NCBI GenBank assembly: GCA_965220695.1
Contig: OZ244838.1
Coordinates: 4,547,293-4,611,292, forward strand
Length of the DNA stretch: 64,000 nt
Direction: 5' to 3'
Source of the DNA: Vicinamibacterales bacterium
GTDB taxonomy: Bacteria > Acidobacteriota > Vicinamibacteria > Vicinamibacterales > UBA8438
The notes under the pieces are model-generated. The model worked only from the letters and a program-made list of their open reading frames with translations, was not told where the DNA came from and did not search any database. Of the stretch, positions 37,077 through 46,180 are shown in pieces; the first letter of the stretch is position 1; each line of letters opens with the position of its first letter. Made by a program: the position numbers and the translations under genes.

Positions 37077-40000
37077 ATGTCCACCCGTTGGATCACCGTT
37101 CTGGGCGCCGTGGTTCCGGTGCTCGCCTCCTGGCCCACGGCCACCCTGGCCGGTCCGGCGCTGGCGTCCAATGCGCCGTCCGCCCTTCACATGCAATCGG
37201 CCCCCACGGGGGCTGCCCGTGCGGCGGGTGAACGCGAAGAACTGACGGGCACCGTCGCGGTCATTCCCTTCACGAATATTTCCGGAAACGAGGCCGACGA
37301 ATGGATCGGTGACGGCATCGCCGAGACGGTCATGGCCGATCTCGAGTCCCGGGCGGCGTTCACCGTCATCGTTCCGGCGCGGGTCCGGGCGGTGTCGGGC
37401 GGTCGCGGAACCGAGCTCGACGAGACCGCGGTGCGGGCGCTGGGGCGTGATCTCGGTGCGCAATGGGTGGTGACCGGCGGCTACCAGCGGGTGGGTGACC
37501 AGCTTCGCATCACGGCGCGCATCGCCGATACGGCCACCGGGGTCGTGGCCCGCACGCTGATGGCGGACGGTGCGCTCGACGAGATCTTCGACCTGCAGGA
37601 CCGCATCGCCGCGGAGTTGGCGACGGAAGCGGCGGCCACCGCGGTCGCCGGAAGCGCAACGCCGCGGATGCCGGCGCCGGCCGGCGCCCCGCCCGCGTCC
37701 GCGGGTGACGTCGGTTTCAGCGCGTCTGGCGCGGTGTCGGGGGGGCTCGTGCTGCCGGGTGGTGATCGGACGGAACGCCAGGGCGCTCAGCGCGCCGCTC
37801 TCGGGTCCGGCGGTCCCGGCGGACCCGGCAGGGTTGCAACGTCGCCGGCTGCCGCGGCGCCCGGCACCGCGCCGGCCGCCGCGGTGCCCGTCGGCATTCT
37901 GGCCGGCCGTCCCAGCGTGAGCGCTGCACGCGCCGACGAGGAGCCGAGCATCGACGGGCAGCTCGACGACGCCATCTGGCAGCGCGCGACCCGCATCACC
38001 GAGTTCATCCAGATGAGTCCGATCGAAGGCGCGCCGCCCAGTGAGGACACGGAGGTCTATATCGCGTACGACGACGACAACCTGTACATCGGTCTGTACG
38101 CGCACTACAGCGACCCCGGTACGGTGAGGGCCAATCGCGTCGACCGCGACCGCGCCGGCTTCGGCGACGACACCATCTCGATCTACTTCGACCCCTTTCT
38201 CGACCAGCAGCGCGCCTACGTCTTTACATTGAATGGGTACGGCGTGCAGGGAGATTCGCTGCTGAACGCTCGCGGCGGCGGTGGCGGCCGCGGCGGCGGT
38301 GGCCGCGGCGGCCGTAGCGGCGGCGGCGGGTTCTCCGGCGGGCGCGGCGGGTTCGGCGGCGTGCCCCGCGGCGACTCGTCCTGGGACGTGCTCTTCGAGT
38401 CGGGCGGCACGCTGGTCGCCGACGGCTGGACCGCCGAGATGGCGATCCCGTTCAAGAGCCTGCGCTATCCGGCCGTGGGTGATCAGGCCCATCGGTGGGG
38501 GTTCCAGATCGCCCGGCAGATCCGCGAAAAGGACGAAACGGTCGTCTGGTCGCCGATCTCGCGCGATATCTCCGGATTCCTGCCGCAGATGGGTCTGCTC
38601 GAAGGGCTGAGCGGGTTGTCGACCAGCCGGAATCTGGAGATCCTGCCGACCGTCACCGCGGTGCAGGTCGGCAATCTCGACACCACAAACGGAAAATTTC
38701 CCACCGAATCGGTGCCGGAGGGCGGCGTCAATCTCAAGTACGGCCTGACCTCCAATCTCACGCTCGACGCCACCTACAATCCCGACTTCTCGCAGATCGA
38801 GTCCGACCGACCGCAGATAGAGGTGAACCAGCGGTTCCCGCTGTTCTACTCCGAGCAGCGCCCGTTCTTCCTGGAGGGGCAGGAGATATTCAGTCTGCCG
38901 GGTCCGGTGAACTTCGTGCATACCCGGACCATCGTCGATCCACGTTACGGCGGCAAGATCTCGGGCAAGGTCGGCAAGACGACCGTCGGTCTGCTGGTGG
39001 CCAACGACGAGGCGCCCGGGAATCTCGACGACGAGGACGATGATCTATTCGGCAAGACCGCCAACGTGCTGATCGGCCGGGTGCGCTACGACCTGTACTC
39101 CGAGTCGCACATCGGCGCCATCGTCACCGATCGCGAGTTCCTGGACAGCTACAGCCGGCTTGGCGGTCTCGACGGCAATTTCCGTCTCAGCGACACCGCG
39201 TCCATCGGGTTCCGCGCCATTACGACCAGCAATCGCGACGAGTTTCTCCCGGCCCTCGAGCAGGACACGTCCGGCAACATGTTCGACGTCGGTCTGAGAA
39301 GTCAGGGCCGCAACCTGAGCTATTTCGTCGCCGGCTACACCATCGACCCCGAGTTCGACACCAAGGTCGGGTTCGTCCGCCGGCGCGACCTCAAGGCGCT
39401 CACCAGCCAGGTCGGCTACAACTGGTGGCCCGAGAGCTGGCTCATCAACTGGGGCCCGCAGGCCGGCTACGGCCGGAACTACGACTTCAACGACGTCCTC
39501 GTGGACGAGACGCGGCAGCTCGGCGTGCTCTTCTCGTTCGCGAAGAACATCCGGTTCGGCACCAGCGTGAATCGGGACATGGAACGGTTCGGCGGGATCA
39601 ACTTCGAGAAGACCAGCTACATGACCAACCTCTTCATCAGCACGTTCGAGGCCGCGTCAATCGGCGGGTTTTTCCGCTTCGGCGACGAGATACGCTATCT
39701 CTACGACCGCCCGTCGTTCCTCGGCAAAGGCTCGAACGGCAGCATTTTCATGACCCTGCGTCCGTCCAGCCGGCTGCAGACGCAAATCAACATCAGCACC
39801 AGCCGCCTGATCGACCCTGAAGAGACCGAGTTGTTCAACGTCAAGATCTTCCGGGCGCTGACCACCATGCAGTTCACCGACCGGCTCCTGTTGCGCAACA
39901 TCCTGGAATACAACACGTTCAGCCGCACGGTGGGTGCGAACGTGCTGTTCACCTATCGGGTCAACTCCGGCACGGTCTTCTTCATCGGGTACGACGACAA

Positions 40001-40136
40001 CTACCAGCAGGGCGATCTCATTCTCGACAGCGAACGCAACCTTGCCTATCTTGGCAATCGAGAGTTCTTGACCACGGACCTGCGGCGCACCAACCGCGCC
40101 TTCTTCACCAAGATCTCGTATCTGTTCCGGTACTGA
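37077..40136 (+). CDS. large outer-membrane protein: signal peptide, COG5616/TolB-N-like (LpoB/FlgO-like) module, Ala/Pro linker, CBM9-like domain, DUF5916-type beta-barrel
   Basis: VAVIPFTNISGNEADEWIGDGIAETVMADL...WVVTGGYQRVGDQLRITARIADTATG is the COG5616-type module. IDGQLDDAIWQRATRITEFIQ...DDDNLYIGLYAHYSD is CBM9/DUF5916-like. The C-terminus RTNRAFFTKISYLFRY is OMP-like with a terminal aromatic. ATG 37077 is preceded by GGAGCGAG. Confidence 0.7.
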   Translation: MSTRWITVLGAVVPVLASWPTATLAGPALASNAPSALHMQSAPTGAARAAGEREELTGTVAVIPFTNISGNEADEWIGDGIAETVMADLESRAAFTVIVPARVRAVSGGRGTELDETAVRALGRDLGAQWVVTGGYQRVGDQLRITARIADTATGVVARTLMADGALDEIFDLQDRIAAELATEAAATAVAGSATPRMPAPAGAPPASAGDVGFSASGAVSGGLVLPGGDRTERQGAQRAALGSGGPGGPGRVATSPAAAAPGTAPAAAVPVGILAGRPSVSAARADEEPSIDGQLDDAIWQRATRITEFIQMSPIEGAPPSEDTEVYIAYDDDNLYIGLYAHYSDPGTVRANRVDRDRAGFGDDTISIYFDPFLDQQRAYVFTLNGYGVQGDSLLNARGGGGGRGGGGRGGRSGGGGFSGGRGGFGGVPRGDSSWDVLFESGGTLVADGWTAEMAIPFKSLRYPAVGDQAHRWGFQIARQIREKDETVVWSPISRDISGFLPQMGLLEGLSGLSTSRNLEILPTVTAVQVGNLDTTNGKFPTESVPEGGVNLKYGLTSNLTLDATYNPDFSQIESDRPQIEVNQRFPLFYSEQRPFFLEGQEIFSLPGPVNFVHTRTIVDPRYGGKISGKVGKTTVGLLVANDEAPGNLDDEDDDLFGKTANVLIGRVRYDLYSESHIGAIVTDREFLDSYSRLGGLDGNFRLSDTASIGFRAITTSNRDEFLPALEQDTSGNMFDVGLRSQGRNLSYFVAGYTIDPEFDTKVGFVRRRDLKALTSQVGYNWWPESWLINWGPQAGYGRNYDFNDVLVDETRQLGVLFSFAKNIRFGTSVNRDMERFGGINFEKTSYMTNLFISTFEAASIGGFFRFGDEIRYLYDRPSFLGKGSNGSIFMTLRPSSRLQTQINISTSRLIDPEETELFNVKIFRALTTMQFTDRLLLRNILEYNTFSRTVGANVLFTYRVNSGTVFFIGYDDNYQQGDLILDSERNLAYLGNREFLTTDLRRTNRAFFTKISYLFRY

Positions 40137-40350
40137 GGCGGCCGCCTGTATGCAGGGTTCGGCGTTCGGGCGTATGATAGGCAGGTTGTACGGTCGTGTA
40201 CTTCCCGGGTGGCAATCGACAACGAGCGCCGACTGCTGCAGGTTCCGAGTCCGACCACCGCTGAGCTTGCGGCCGCCGGGTTCTGCAGCGAATGCCGTTC
40301 GGCAATCCCCGGACCGGCATCCGACTCCCCGGCGGCGGCGTCATCTTCGC

Positions 40351-43300
40351 ATGTCCATGTTCTGCCGTGTCGCGGTGTCAATCTGTGCGTTGCTGCTGGC
40401 CGCCGTGCCAGCCGGCGCCGTCATGCGCCTGCCGTCGTCCGATGCCCTCACCCGCGGCGTCGCGGCGCAATCGGCGCCGACCGCGCAGACCTCGGAACGT
40501 GCAACCGCCGATACCGACGCGCTGCCGGACCGGACCTTCGCCGTCGTCCCGTTCACGAACACGTCGGGCGACGATACCGACAACTGGATAGGGGACGGCA
40601 TCGCGGAAACCGTGGCGGCGGACCTGACCGCCGCCGGCGGCGCGCAGATCGCCGGCCGGAGCCAGGTCGCCGCAGCGATGCAGGGCGTCGCCGGCATGGC
40701 GATCGACGCGGCAGGAGCGACGCGGCTGGGGCGCCAGTTGCGTGTCCGGTGGGTCGTGAGCGGCGGTTACCAGCGGGTCGGTCAACGATTGCGAATCACG
40801 TCGCGGCTGGTCGATAGCCGCACCGGCGAGATCGCCGGCACGTCGACGACGGACGGCGCCGTCGATGCGATATTCGATCTGCAGGATCAGATCGTCAGCG
40901 GACTGATCGACCAGGTGGCGACCGCCGTCCGGGCGCCGGAGCGGCCAGCCCCCGAGCGTGCGGGTAACCCGAACTCTGCATCGCCCGCGGCGGCGGCCAC
41001 CCGGGCGCCGGAGCGGCCCGTGCCTGCGCGTGCGGGTAACCCGAACTCTGCATCTCCCGCGGCGGCGGCCGGCTCCAGTGACGTGACGGACCTGCGCGGC
41101 GGTGGCGCCGGCCTGGGTCTCGGGCGCCCGGCTCGGTCCGCGCGGCCGCCGGAGAACGCCGTGACCGGCGGCATCGTGTTGCCCGCGGAGGTTCCCGCCC
41201 GGAACGCCGCCCGGACGCCGGAGCGGCCCGTGCCCGCGCGTGCGGGTGACCCGAGCTCCGCACCGCCCGCGGCGGCGGCCACCCGGGCGCCGGAGCGGCC
41301 CGTGCCTGCGCGTGCGGGTAACCCGAACTCTGCATCTCCCGCGGCGGCGGCGGCAGCCGGCGCGCTCGCGGGTCGGCCCATCGTCACCGCCGACTTCGCG
41401 ACCGAGCGGCCGACGGTCGATGGCGCGCTCGACGACGCCATCTGGCGAACCGCGACACGGATCACCCAGTTCGTGCAGGTCGCCCCCGTCGAGGGCGCGC
41501 CGGCGTCGGAAGACACCGAGATCTTCGTGGCGTTCGACAGCACGCATCTCTATGTCGGGATGTATGCCCACTACTCGAATCCCGGCATGATCCGGGCGAA
41601 TCGGGTCGATCGGGACCGCGCCGGCTATGGCGACGACACCATCTCGGTCTACTTCGACACGTTCCTCGACCAGCAACGCGCGTTCGTCTTCACGTTGAAC
41701 GGGTATGGCGTGCAGGGCGACTCGCTCATGGGCGGCAGCGGCGGCGGGCGGGGCGGCGGCGGCTACCGGGGCGGCGGCGGCGGCGTGCCGCGGGGCGACC
41801 GTTCCTGGGACGTCCTCTTCGACTCGGCGGGCACGCTCGTCGACGACGGCTGGACCGCCGAGCTGGCGATTCCGTTCAAGAGCCTGCGCTACCCGAGCAA
41901 CGAGGCTCACCGCTGGGGCTTCCAGATCGCCCGCTCGATCAGGGACAAGGACGAGACGGTGGTCTGGGCGCCGATCTCGCGCGACGTCTCGGGGTTCCTG
42001 CCGCAGATGGGGCTGCTCGACGGGCTTCGCAACCTGTCGACGAGTCGCAACTTCGAGATTCTGCCGACGATGACCGCCATACAGGCGGGGTCCCTCAACA
42101 GATCGACCGGCGACATGCGGGGTGTGTTCGAGGATGAACGCCAGCCGGAGGGCGGCGTCAATTTCAAATACGGCGTGACGTCGAACCTCACGCTGGACTT
42201 CACCTACAACCCCGACTTCTCGCAGATCGAGTCCGACCGGCCGCAGATCGAGGTGAACCAGCGATTCCCGCTGTTCTTCTCCGAGCTCAGACCGTTCTTT
42301 CTTGAGGGCCAGGAGGTCTTCTCCATTCGCGGGCCGGCCACGCTCATTCATACCCGCACGATTGTCGACCCGCGCTACGGCGCCAAGCTGACCGGCAAGG
42401 TCGGGAAGGCGACCATGGGGTTCCTGGTCGCCAACGACGAAGGGCCCGGCAACGTCGACGAGAAGACGGATCCGGAGGCATACCAACGCTCCGCGAGCAC
42501 CGTCATCGGCCGTGCCCGGTACGATCTGTACTCCGAGTCGCATATCGGGGCGATCTTCACCGACCGGGAGTTCCTCGACACGTACAGCCGGCTCGGCGGG
42601 GTCGATGGCCGTTTCCGTCTCACGCCGACGATATCCGCCGACTTCATGGCCATCCAGAGCACCAATCGGGACCGCAACGGCAGAGAGCGCGACGGACCGA
42701 TGTTCGACGTCGGGCTGCGCAAGAGCGGGCGGAACCTCAGCTACAGCGCGTCCTACTACTCGCTCGACCCGGACTTCGTGACCGATGTCGGTTTCGTCCG
42801 GCGCACGGGCATCCGGCGGATGAGCACCAACGCCGGCTATCGCTGGTGGCCCGAGGGATGGATTATCAGTTGGGGCCCGCAGCTCAGCTACAGCCGCAAC
42901 TGGAACTTCGACCGCGTACTCGAGGACGAGGCGTTCCGCGCGCGGCTGGATGCCAGCTTCGCCAGGAACATCCGCCTCAGCGGCGACGTGCGCCGCGAGA
43001 TGGAACGCTTCCGCGGCGTCGACTTCTTCAAGAACCGCTATGGATTCAATGTCAACGTGAGCACCAGCCGGCTCGCCTCGGTCGGGGGCAGCTACCGCTG
43101 GGGCGACGAGGTGCGATACAGCGGCACGCCGTTCGTGGGCAGCGGGTCCTCCGGCAGCCTGTTCATGTCGCTGCGTCCGCTCAGCCGCCTGCAGTCGCAG
43201 GTCAACGTCAGCACCAGCCGCCTGATCCGTCCCGACGACACCGAGTTGTTCAACGTCAAGATCTACCGGGCGCTGACCACGTTCCAGTTCACCGACCGGC

Positions 43301-43533
43301 TGCTGCTGCGGAACATCCTCGAGCACAACACGTTCAACGAGACCCTCGGGGTGAACCTGTTGCTGACCTATCGCGTGAATTCCGGGACGGTCTTCTACAT
43401 CGGCTACGACGACCGCTACAGGCAGGGCAGCCTGTTGTTCGACGACGACGACGAGCCGCTGTTCTACACGACCGACCTCGAGCGCACGAACCGGGCGTTC
43501 TTCACCAAGATTTCCTATCTGTTCAGATACTGA
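40351..43533 (+). CDS. paralogue of the preceding outer-membrane protein, with the same domain order and a repeat-containing linker
   Basis: Start at MSMFCRVAVSICALLLAAVPAGA. Contains FAVVPFTNTSGDDTDNWIGDGIAETVAADL and VDGALDDAIWRTATRITQFVQ. The C-terminus RTNRAFFTKISYLFRY is identical to the paralogue. Confidence 0.7.
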   Translation: MSMFCRVAVSICALLLAAVPAGAVMRLPSSDALTRGVAAQSAPTAQTSERATADTDALPDRTFAVVPFTNTSGDDTDNWIGDGIAETVAADLTAAGGAQIAGRSQVAAAMQGVAGMAIDAAGATRLGRQLRVRWVVSGGYQRVGQRLRITSRLVDSRTGEIAGTSTTDGAVDAIFDLQDQIVSGLIDQVATAVRAPERPAPERAGNPNSASPAAAATRAPERPVPARAGNPNSASPAAAAGSSDVTDLRGGGAGLGLGRPARSARPPENAVTGGIVLPAEVPARNAARTPERPVPARAGDPSSAPPAAAATRAPERPVPARAGNPNSASPAAAAAAGALAGRPIVTADFATERPTVDGALDDAIWRTATRITQFVQVAPVEGAPASEDTEIFVAFDSTHLYVGMYAHYSNPGMIRANRVDRDRAGYGDDTISVYFDTFLDQQRAFVFTLNGYGVQGDSLMGGSGGGRGGGGYRGGGGGVPRGDRSWDVLFDSAGTLVDDGWTAELAIPFKSLRYPSNEAHRWGFQIARSIRDKDETVVWAPISRDVSGFLPQMGLLDGLRNLSTSRNFEILPTMTAIQAGSLNRSTGDMRGVFEDERQPEGGVNFKYGVTSNLTLDFTYNPDFSQIESDRPQIEVNQRFPLFFSELRPFFLEGQEVFSIRGPATLIHTRTIVDPRYGAKLTGKVGKATMGFLVANDEGPGNVDEKTDPEAYQRSASTVIGRARYDLYSESHIGAIFTDREFLDTYSRLGGVDGRFRLTPTISADFMAIQSTNRDRNGRERDGPMFDVGLRKSGRNLSYSASYYSLDPDFVTDVGFVRRTGIRRMSTNAGYRWWPEGWIISWGPQLSYSRNWNFDRVLEDEAFRARLDASFARNIRLSGDVRREMERFRGVDFFKNRYGFNVNVSTSRLASVGGSYRWGDEVRYSGTPFVGSGSSGSLFMSLRPLSRLQSQVNVSTSRLIRPDDTELFNVKIYRALTTFQFTDRLLLRNILEHNTFNETLGVNLLLTYRVNSGTVFYIGYDDRYRQGSLLFDDDDEPLFYTTDLERTNRAFFTKISYLFRY
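40931..41356 (+). repeat. four copies of a 72-nt (24-aa) coding repeat in the linker of the second paralogue
   Basis: Units start at 40931, 41003, 41213 and 41285 and encode RAPERPVPARAGNPNSASPAAAAT. Copies 2 and 4 are identical over about 65 nt. Confidence 0.85.
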
Positions 43534-43550
43534 CTCGCAGGAGGTTCCCC

Positions 43551-44675
43551 GTGCTCCGACCTGTCTCCACCGTCGCCATCGGTCTGGCGGTCGTCGCCAA
43601 CGGCCTGGCGGGGGCGCAGGATATTCCGCTCGACAAGCTCACGCTGCCCGCGGGGTTCTCGATCGAGGTCTATGCGCCCGACGTCCCGAACGCACGCTCG
43701 ATGGCGAGGTCTCCGGCCGGGACGCTGTTCGTCGGCACCCGCCGGGCCGGCGACGTCTACGCCGTGCTCGACCGCGACCAGGACCAGCGGGCGGACGAGG
43801 TGATCACGATCGCCACCGGTCTCAACATGCCCAATGGCGTGGCGTTTCGGGACGGGGCGCTGTATGTCGCCGAGGTCAATCGAATCCTGCGCTACGACGG
43901 CATCGAAGCCCGTCTGCACGACCCTCCCGCGCCGGTGGTGGTGGATGAGGCGTTCCCCACCGAACGTTCGCATGGCTGGAAGTTCATCCGTTTCGGACCG
44001 GACGGCAAGCTGTATGTCCCGGTCGGGGCGCCATGCAACATCTGCGACCGCACCGGCGAGGACATCCGCTTCGCGACCGTCACACGGATGAACCCCGACG
44101 GCAGCGGGCAGGAAGTGTTCGCCCACGGGGTGCGGAACTCGGTCGGGTTCGACTGGCATCCGGGCACCCGCGATCTGTGGTTCACGAGCAACGGCCGCGA
44201 CCGTCTCGGGGACGAGTCGCCGGGCGACACCCTGAACCACGCGCCGGAGATTGGGATGCACTTCGGGTTCCCGTTCTGCCACCAGGGCGACACGCCCGAC
44301 CCCGAGTTCGGCGAGCGGCGGGGCTGCGGCGAATTCTCGCCGCCGGCGCAGGCGCTCGGACCGCACGTGGCGTCGCTGGGCATGCGGTTCTACACCGGTG
44401 CCATGTTTCCCGAGCCGTATCGAAACCAGATCTTCATCGCCGAGCACGGGTCCTGGAACCGCACGCCGGCGGCGGGCCACACCGGCTACCGGCTGACGGT
44501 CGCCACCCTGGAGGGCGACCGCGTGACCGACTACGCGGTGTTCGCCGAGGGCTGGCTCGACCCCGACAATTCCGCCTGGGGCCGTCCGGTCGACGTCGAG
44601 GTGATGCCCGACGGCGCGCTGCTGGTGACCGACGACGCCGCCGGCGCGATCTACCGGATTACCTACGGGGGCTGA
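43551..44675 (+). CDS. PQQ-dependent sugar (sorbosone/glucose) dehydrogenase family beta-propeller, secreted
   Basis: GTG 43551 lies after AGGAGG and a signal peptide is present. Contains NMPNGVAFRDGALYVAE, HGWKFIRFGPDGKLYVPVGAPCN, HGVRNSVGFDWHP and RPVDVEVMPDGALLVTDD. Confidence 0.8.
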   Translation: MLRPVSTVAIGLAVVANGLAGAQDIPLDKLTLPAGFSIEVYAPDVPNARSMARSPAGTLFVGTRRAGDVYAVLDRDQDQRADEVITIATGLNMPNGVAFRDGALYVAEVNRILRYDGIEARLHDPPAPVVVDEAFPTERSHGWKFIRFGPDGKLYVPVGAPCNICDRTGEDIRFATVTRMNPDGSGQEVFAHGVRNSVGFDWHPGTRDLWFTSNGRDRLGDESPGDTLNHAPEIGMHFGFPFCHQGDTPDPEFGERRGCGEFSPPAQALGPHVASLGMRFYTGAMFPEPYRNQIFIAEHGSWNRTPAAGHTGYRLTVATLEGDRVTDYAVFAEGWLDPDNSAWGRPVDVEVMPDGALLVTDDAAGAIYRITYGG

Positions 44676-44701
44676 CCGCCCGCGCTGCCGAGGGCGCACC
44701 G

Positions 44702-46024
44702 ATGTCCAGAAACCGACTGGCCGGCGCCGTGACCGGTCTGGCGTTGCTGTCCGTGCCGGTCGTCGCACAGGGTCAGATCACGCCCGAGCTCGTGCGCGCC
44801 CGGACGGAGCGCGAGTGGACCCTCAAGGCGGAGAAGATGCGGCGGCATCTGCTGCCGCTGATGCGCGAGCACGAGATCGACCTCTGGATCATCCTGAGCC
44901 GCGAGAATGCGCCCGACCCGCTCGTCGAGCTCTTCGGCGGCTACGGCGTCACCGGATGGTACGGCCATCGCAATGCCTACCTGTTCCACGACAGCGGGTC
45001 GGGCCTCGAGACGACCGCCATCGGGACGCACCTCAGCGGTCACCAGCGGCGGTTCTACGACACCCTCACGCCGTATGGCGAAGAGGGGCTCGCACCGCAT
45101 CTGCGCGAGTACGTGGCGGCCCGCAATCCGCGCCGAATCGCCATCAACCAGTCGCGCACCATCAGCATGGCCGACGGCTTGACCGCCGAGCTCAAGGACT
45201 ATCTGCTGGACGCGCTCGGGGCGCCGTTCGCCGGCCGGCTGGTGTCGTCCGAGCCGCTCGTCGTCGACTACGCCTCGACCCATACGCCGGCCGAAGACGC
45301 CGTCCAGCGCGAGGCGAGCACCGCCACCTACGCCATCCTGCACCGCGCGTTGTCGAACGAGGTGATCACGCCGGGGCAGACCACCCTGATGGACGTGCAG
45401 TACTGGATAACCGCCGAGTGGAAGCGCCAGGGCTTCGAGTTCAACTTCCCCGCCTCGCTCGACCTGCAGCGGGCCGGCGGCGTCACGCTGGACGATGCGG
45501 ACGACCCGGTCATCGAACGCGGCGACCTGCTGCACGTCGACTTCGGCGTGCGGACGTCCGGCATCGTGGCCGACCAGCAGAAGATGGCCTACGTGCTGCG
45601 CGACGGCGAAACGGCGCCCCCGGCCGGGCTGGCCGCGGCGTTCGCCGTGTCCACACGCGCGTCCGCCGTCATCCTCGACGAGATGCAGGTGGGCCGCACG
45701 GGCGCGGTCATCAAGGCCGAGGCGGAAGCCCGGGCCTCGAGCGTGGGGATCGACCTGCTGGTGTACTCGCACGTGCAGGGCTACTGGGTGCACGACGCCG
45801 GCATGTGGGCGATCCACGACTGGCCCGAACGCTACGGCGACCATCCCCGCATCACGTTGAAGGACGGTGACTGGGTCTCGCTGGAGTTCGCCGTGACGGC
45901 CCCGGTGCCGGAGTGGGACGGTCAGGCCGTGACCATCATGCGCGAAGAGGACACGCTCATCCGCGCTGACCAGGCGCCCGAGTATCTGTCCGGCCCGCAG
46001 AACGCGCTTTGGATCGTCGAGTAG
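44702..46024 (+). CDS. M24-family metallopeptidase-like protein (Xaa-Pro aminopeptidase-like), secreted
   Basis: Signal peptide MSRNRLAGAVTGLALLSVPVVAQG and a creatinase/prolidase-like N-domain. The pita-bread blocks GDLLHVDFGV and HVQGYWVHD are present. The assignment is motif-level only. Confidence 0.65.
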   Translation: MSRNRLAGAVTGLALLSVPVVAQGQITPELVRARTEREWTLKAEKMRRHLLPLMREHEIDLWIILSRENAPDPLVELFGGYGVTGWYGHRNAYLFHDSGSGLETTAIGTHLSGHQRRFYDTLTPYGEEGLAPHLREYVAARNPRRIAINQSRTISMADGLTAELKDYLLDALGAPFAGRLVSSEPLVVDYASTHTPAEDAVQREASTATYAILHRALSNEVITPGQTTLMDVQYWITAEWKRQGFEFNFPASLDLQRAGGVTLDDADDPVIERGDLLHVDFGVRTSGIVADQQKMAYVLRDGETAPPAGLAAAFAVSTRASAVILDEMQVGRTGAVIKAEAEARASSVGIDLLVYSHVQGYWVHDAGMWAIHDWPERYGDHPRITLKDGDWVSLEFAVTAPVPEWDGQAVTIMREEDTLIRADQAPEYLSGPQNALWIVE

Positions 46025-46086
46025 GCGGTTGCGATATCATGAATGGCCCGGGTCCGCGCCAGCGGCCCCGTCGCGCCGATCTTCCA

Positions 46087-46180
46087 GGTGAGGTGGCCGA
46101 GAGGCTGAAGGCGGCGGTTTGCTAAACCGTTGAGGGGGCTTCAACCTCCTCCCAGGGTTCGAATCCCTGCCTCACCGCCA
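46087..46180 (+). tRNA. tRNA-Ser (anticodon GCU), CCA encoded
   Basis: Acceptor GGTGAGG/CCTCACC, D-arm TGGCCGAGAGGCTGAAGGCG and anticodon stem-loop GCGGT-TTGCTAA-ACCGT, which gives anticodon GCT. A long variable arm, T-arm GGGTTCGAATCCC and 3' GCCA complete the cloverleaf. Confidence 0.9.

Noticed and set aside
38350-38358. RGD tripeptide (VPRGD) conserved in both outer-membrane paralogues, as a cell-adhesion motif
   Set aside because: Tripeptides occur by chance, especially next to Gly/Arg-rich tracts. There is no eukaryote-interaction context.
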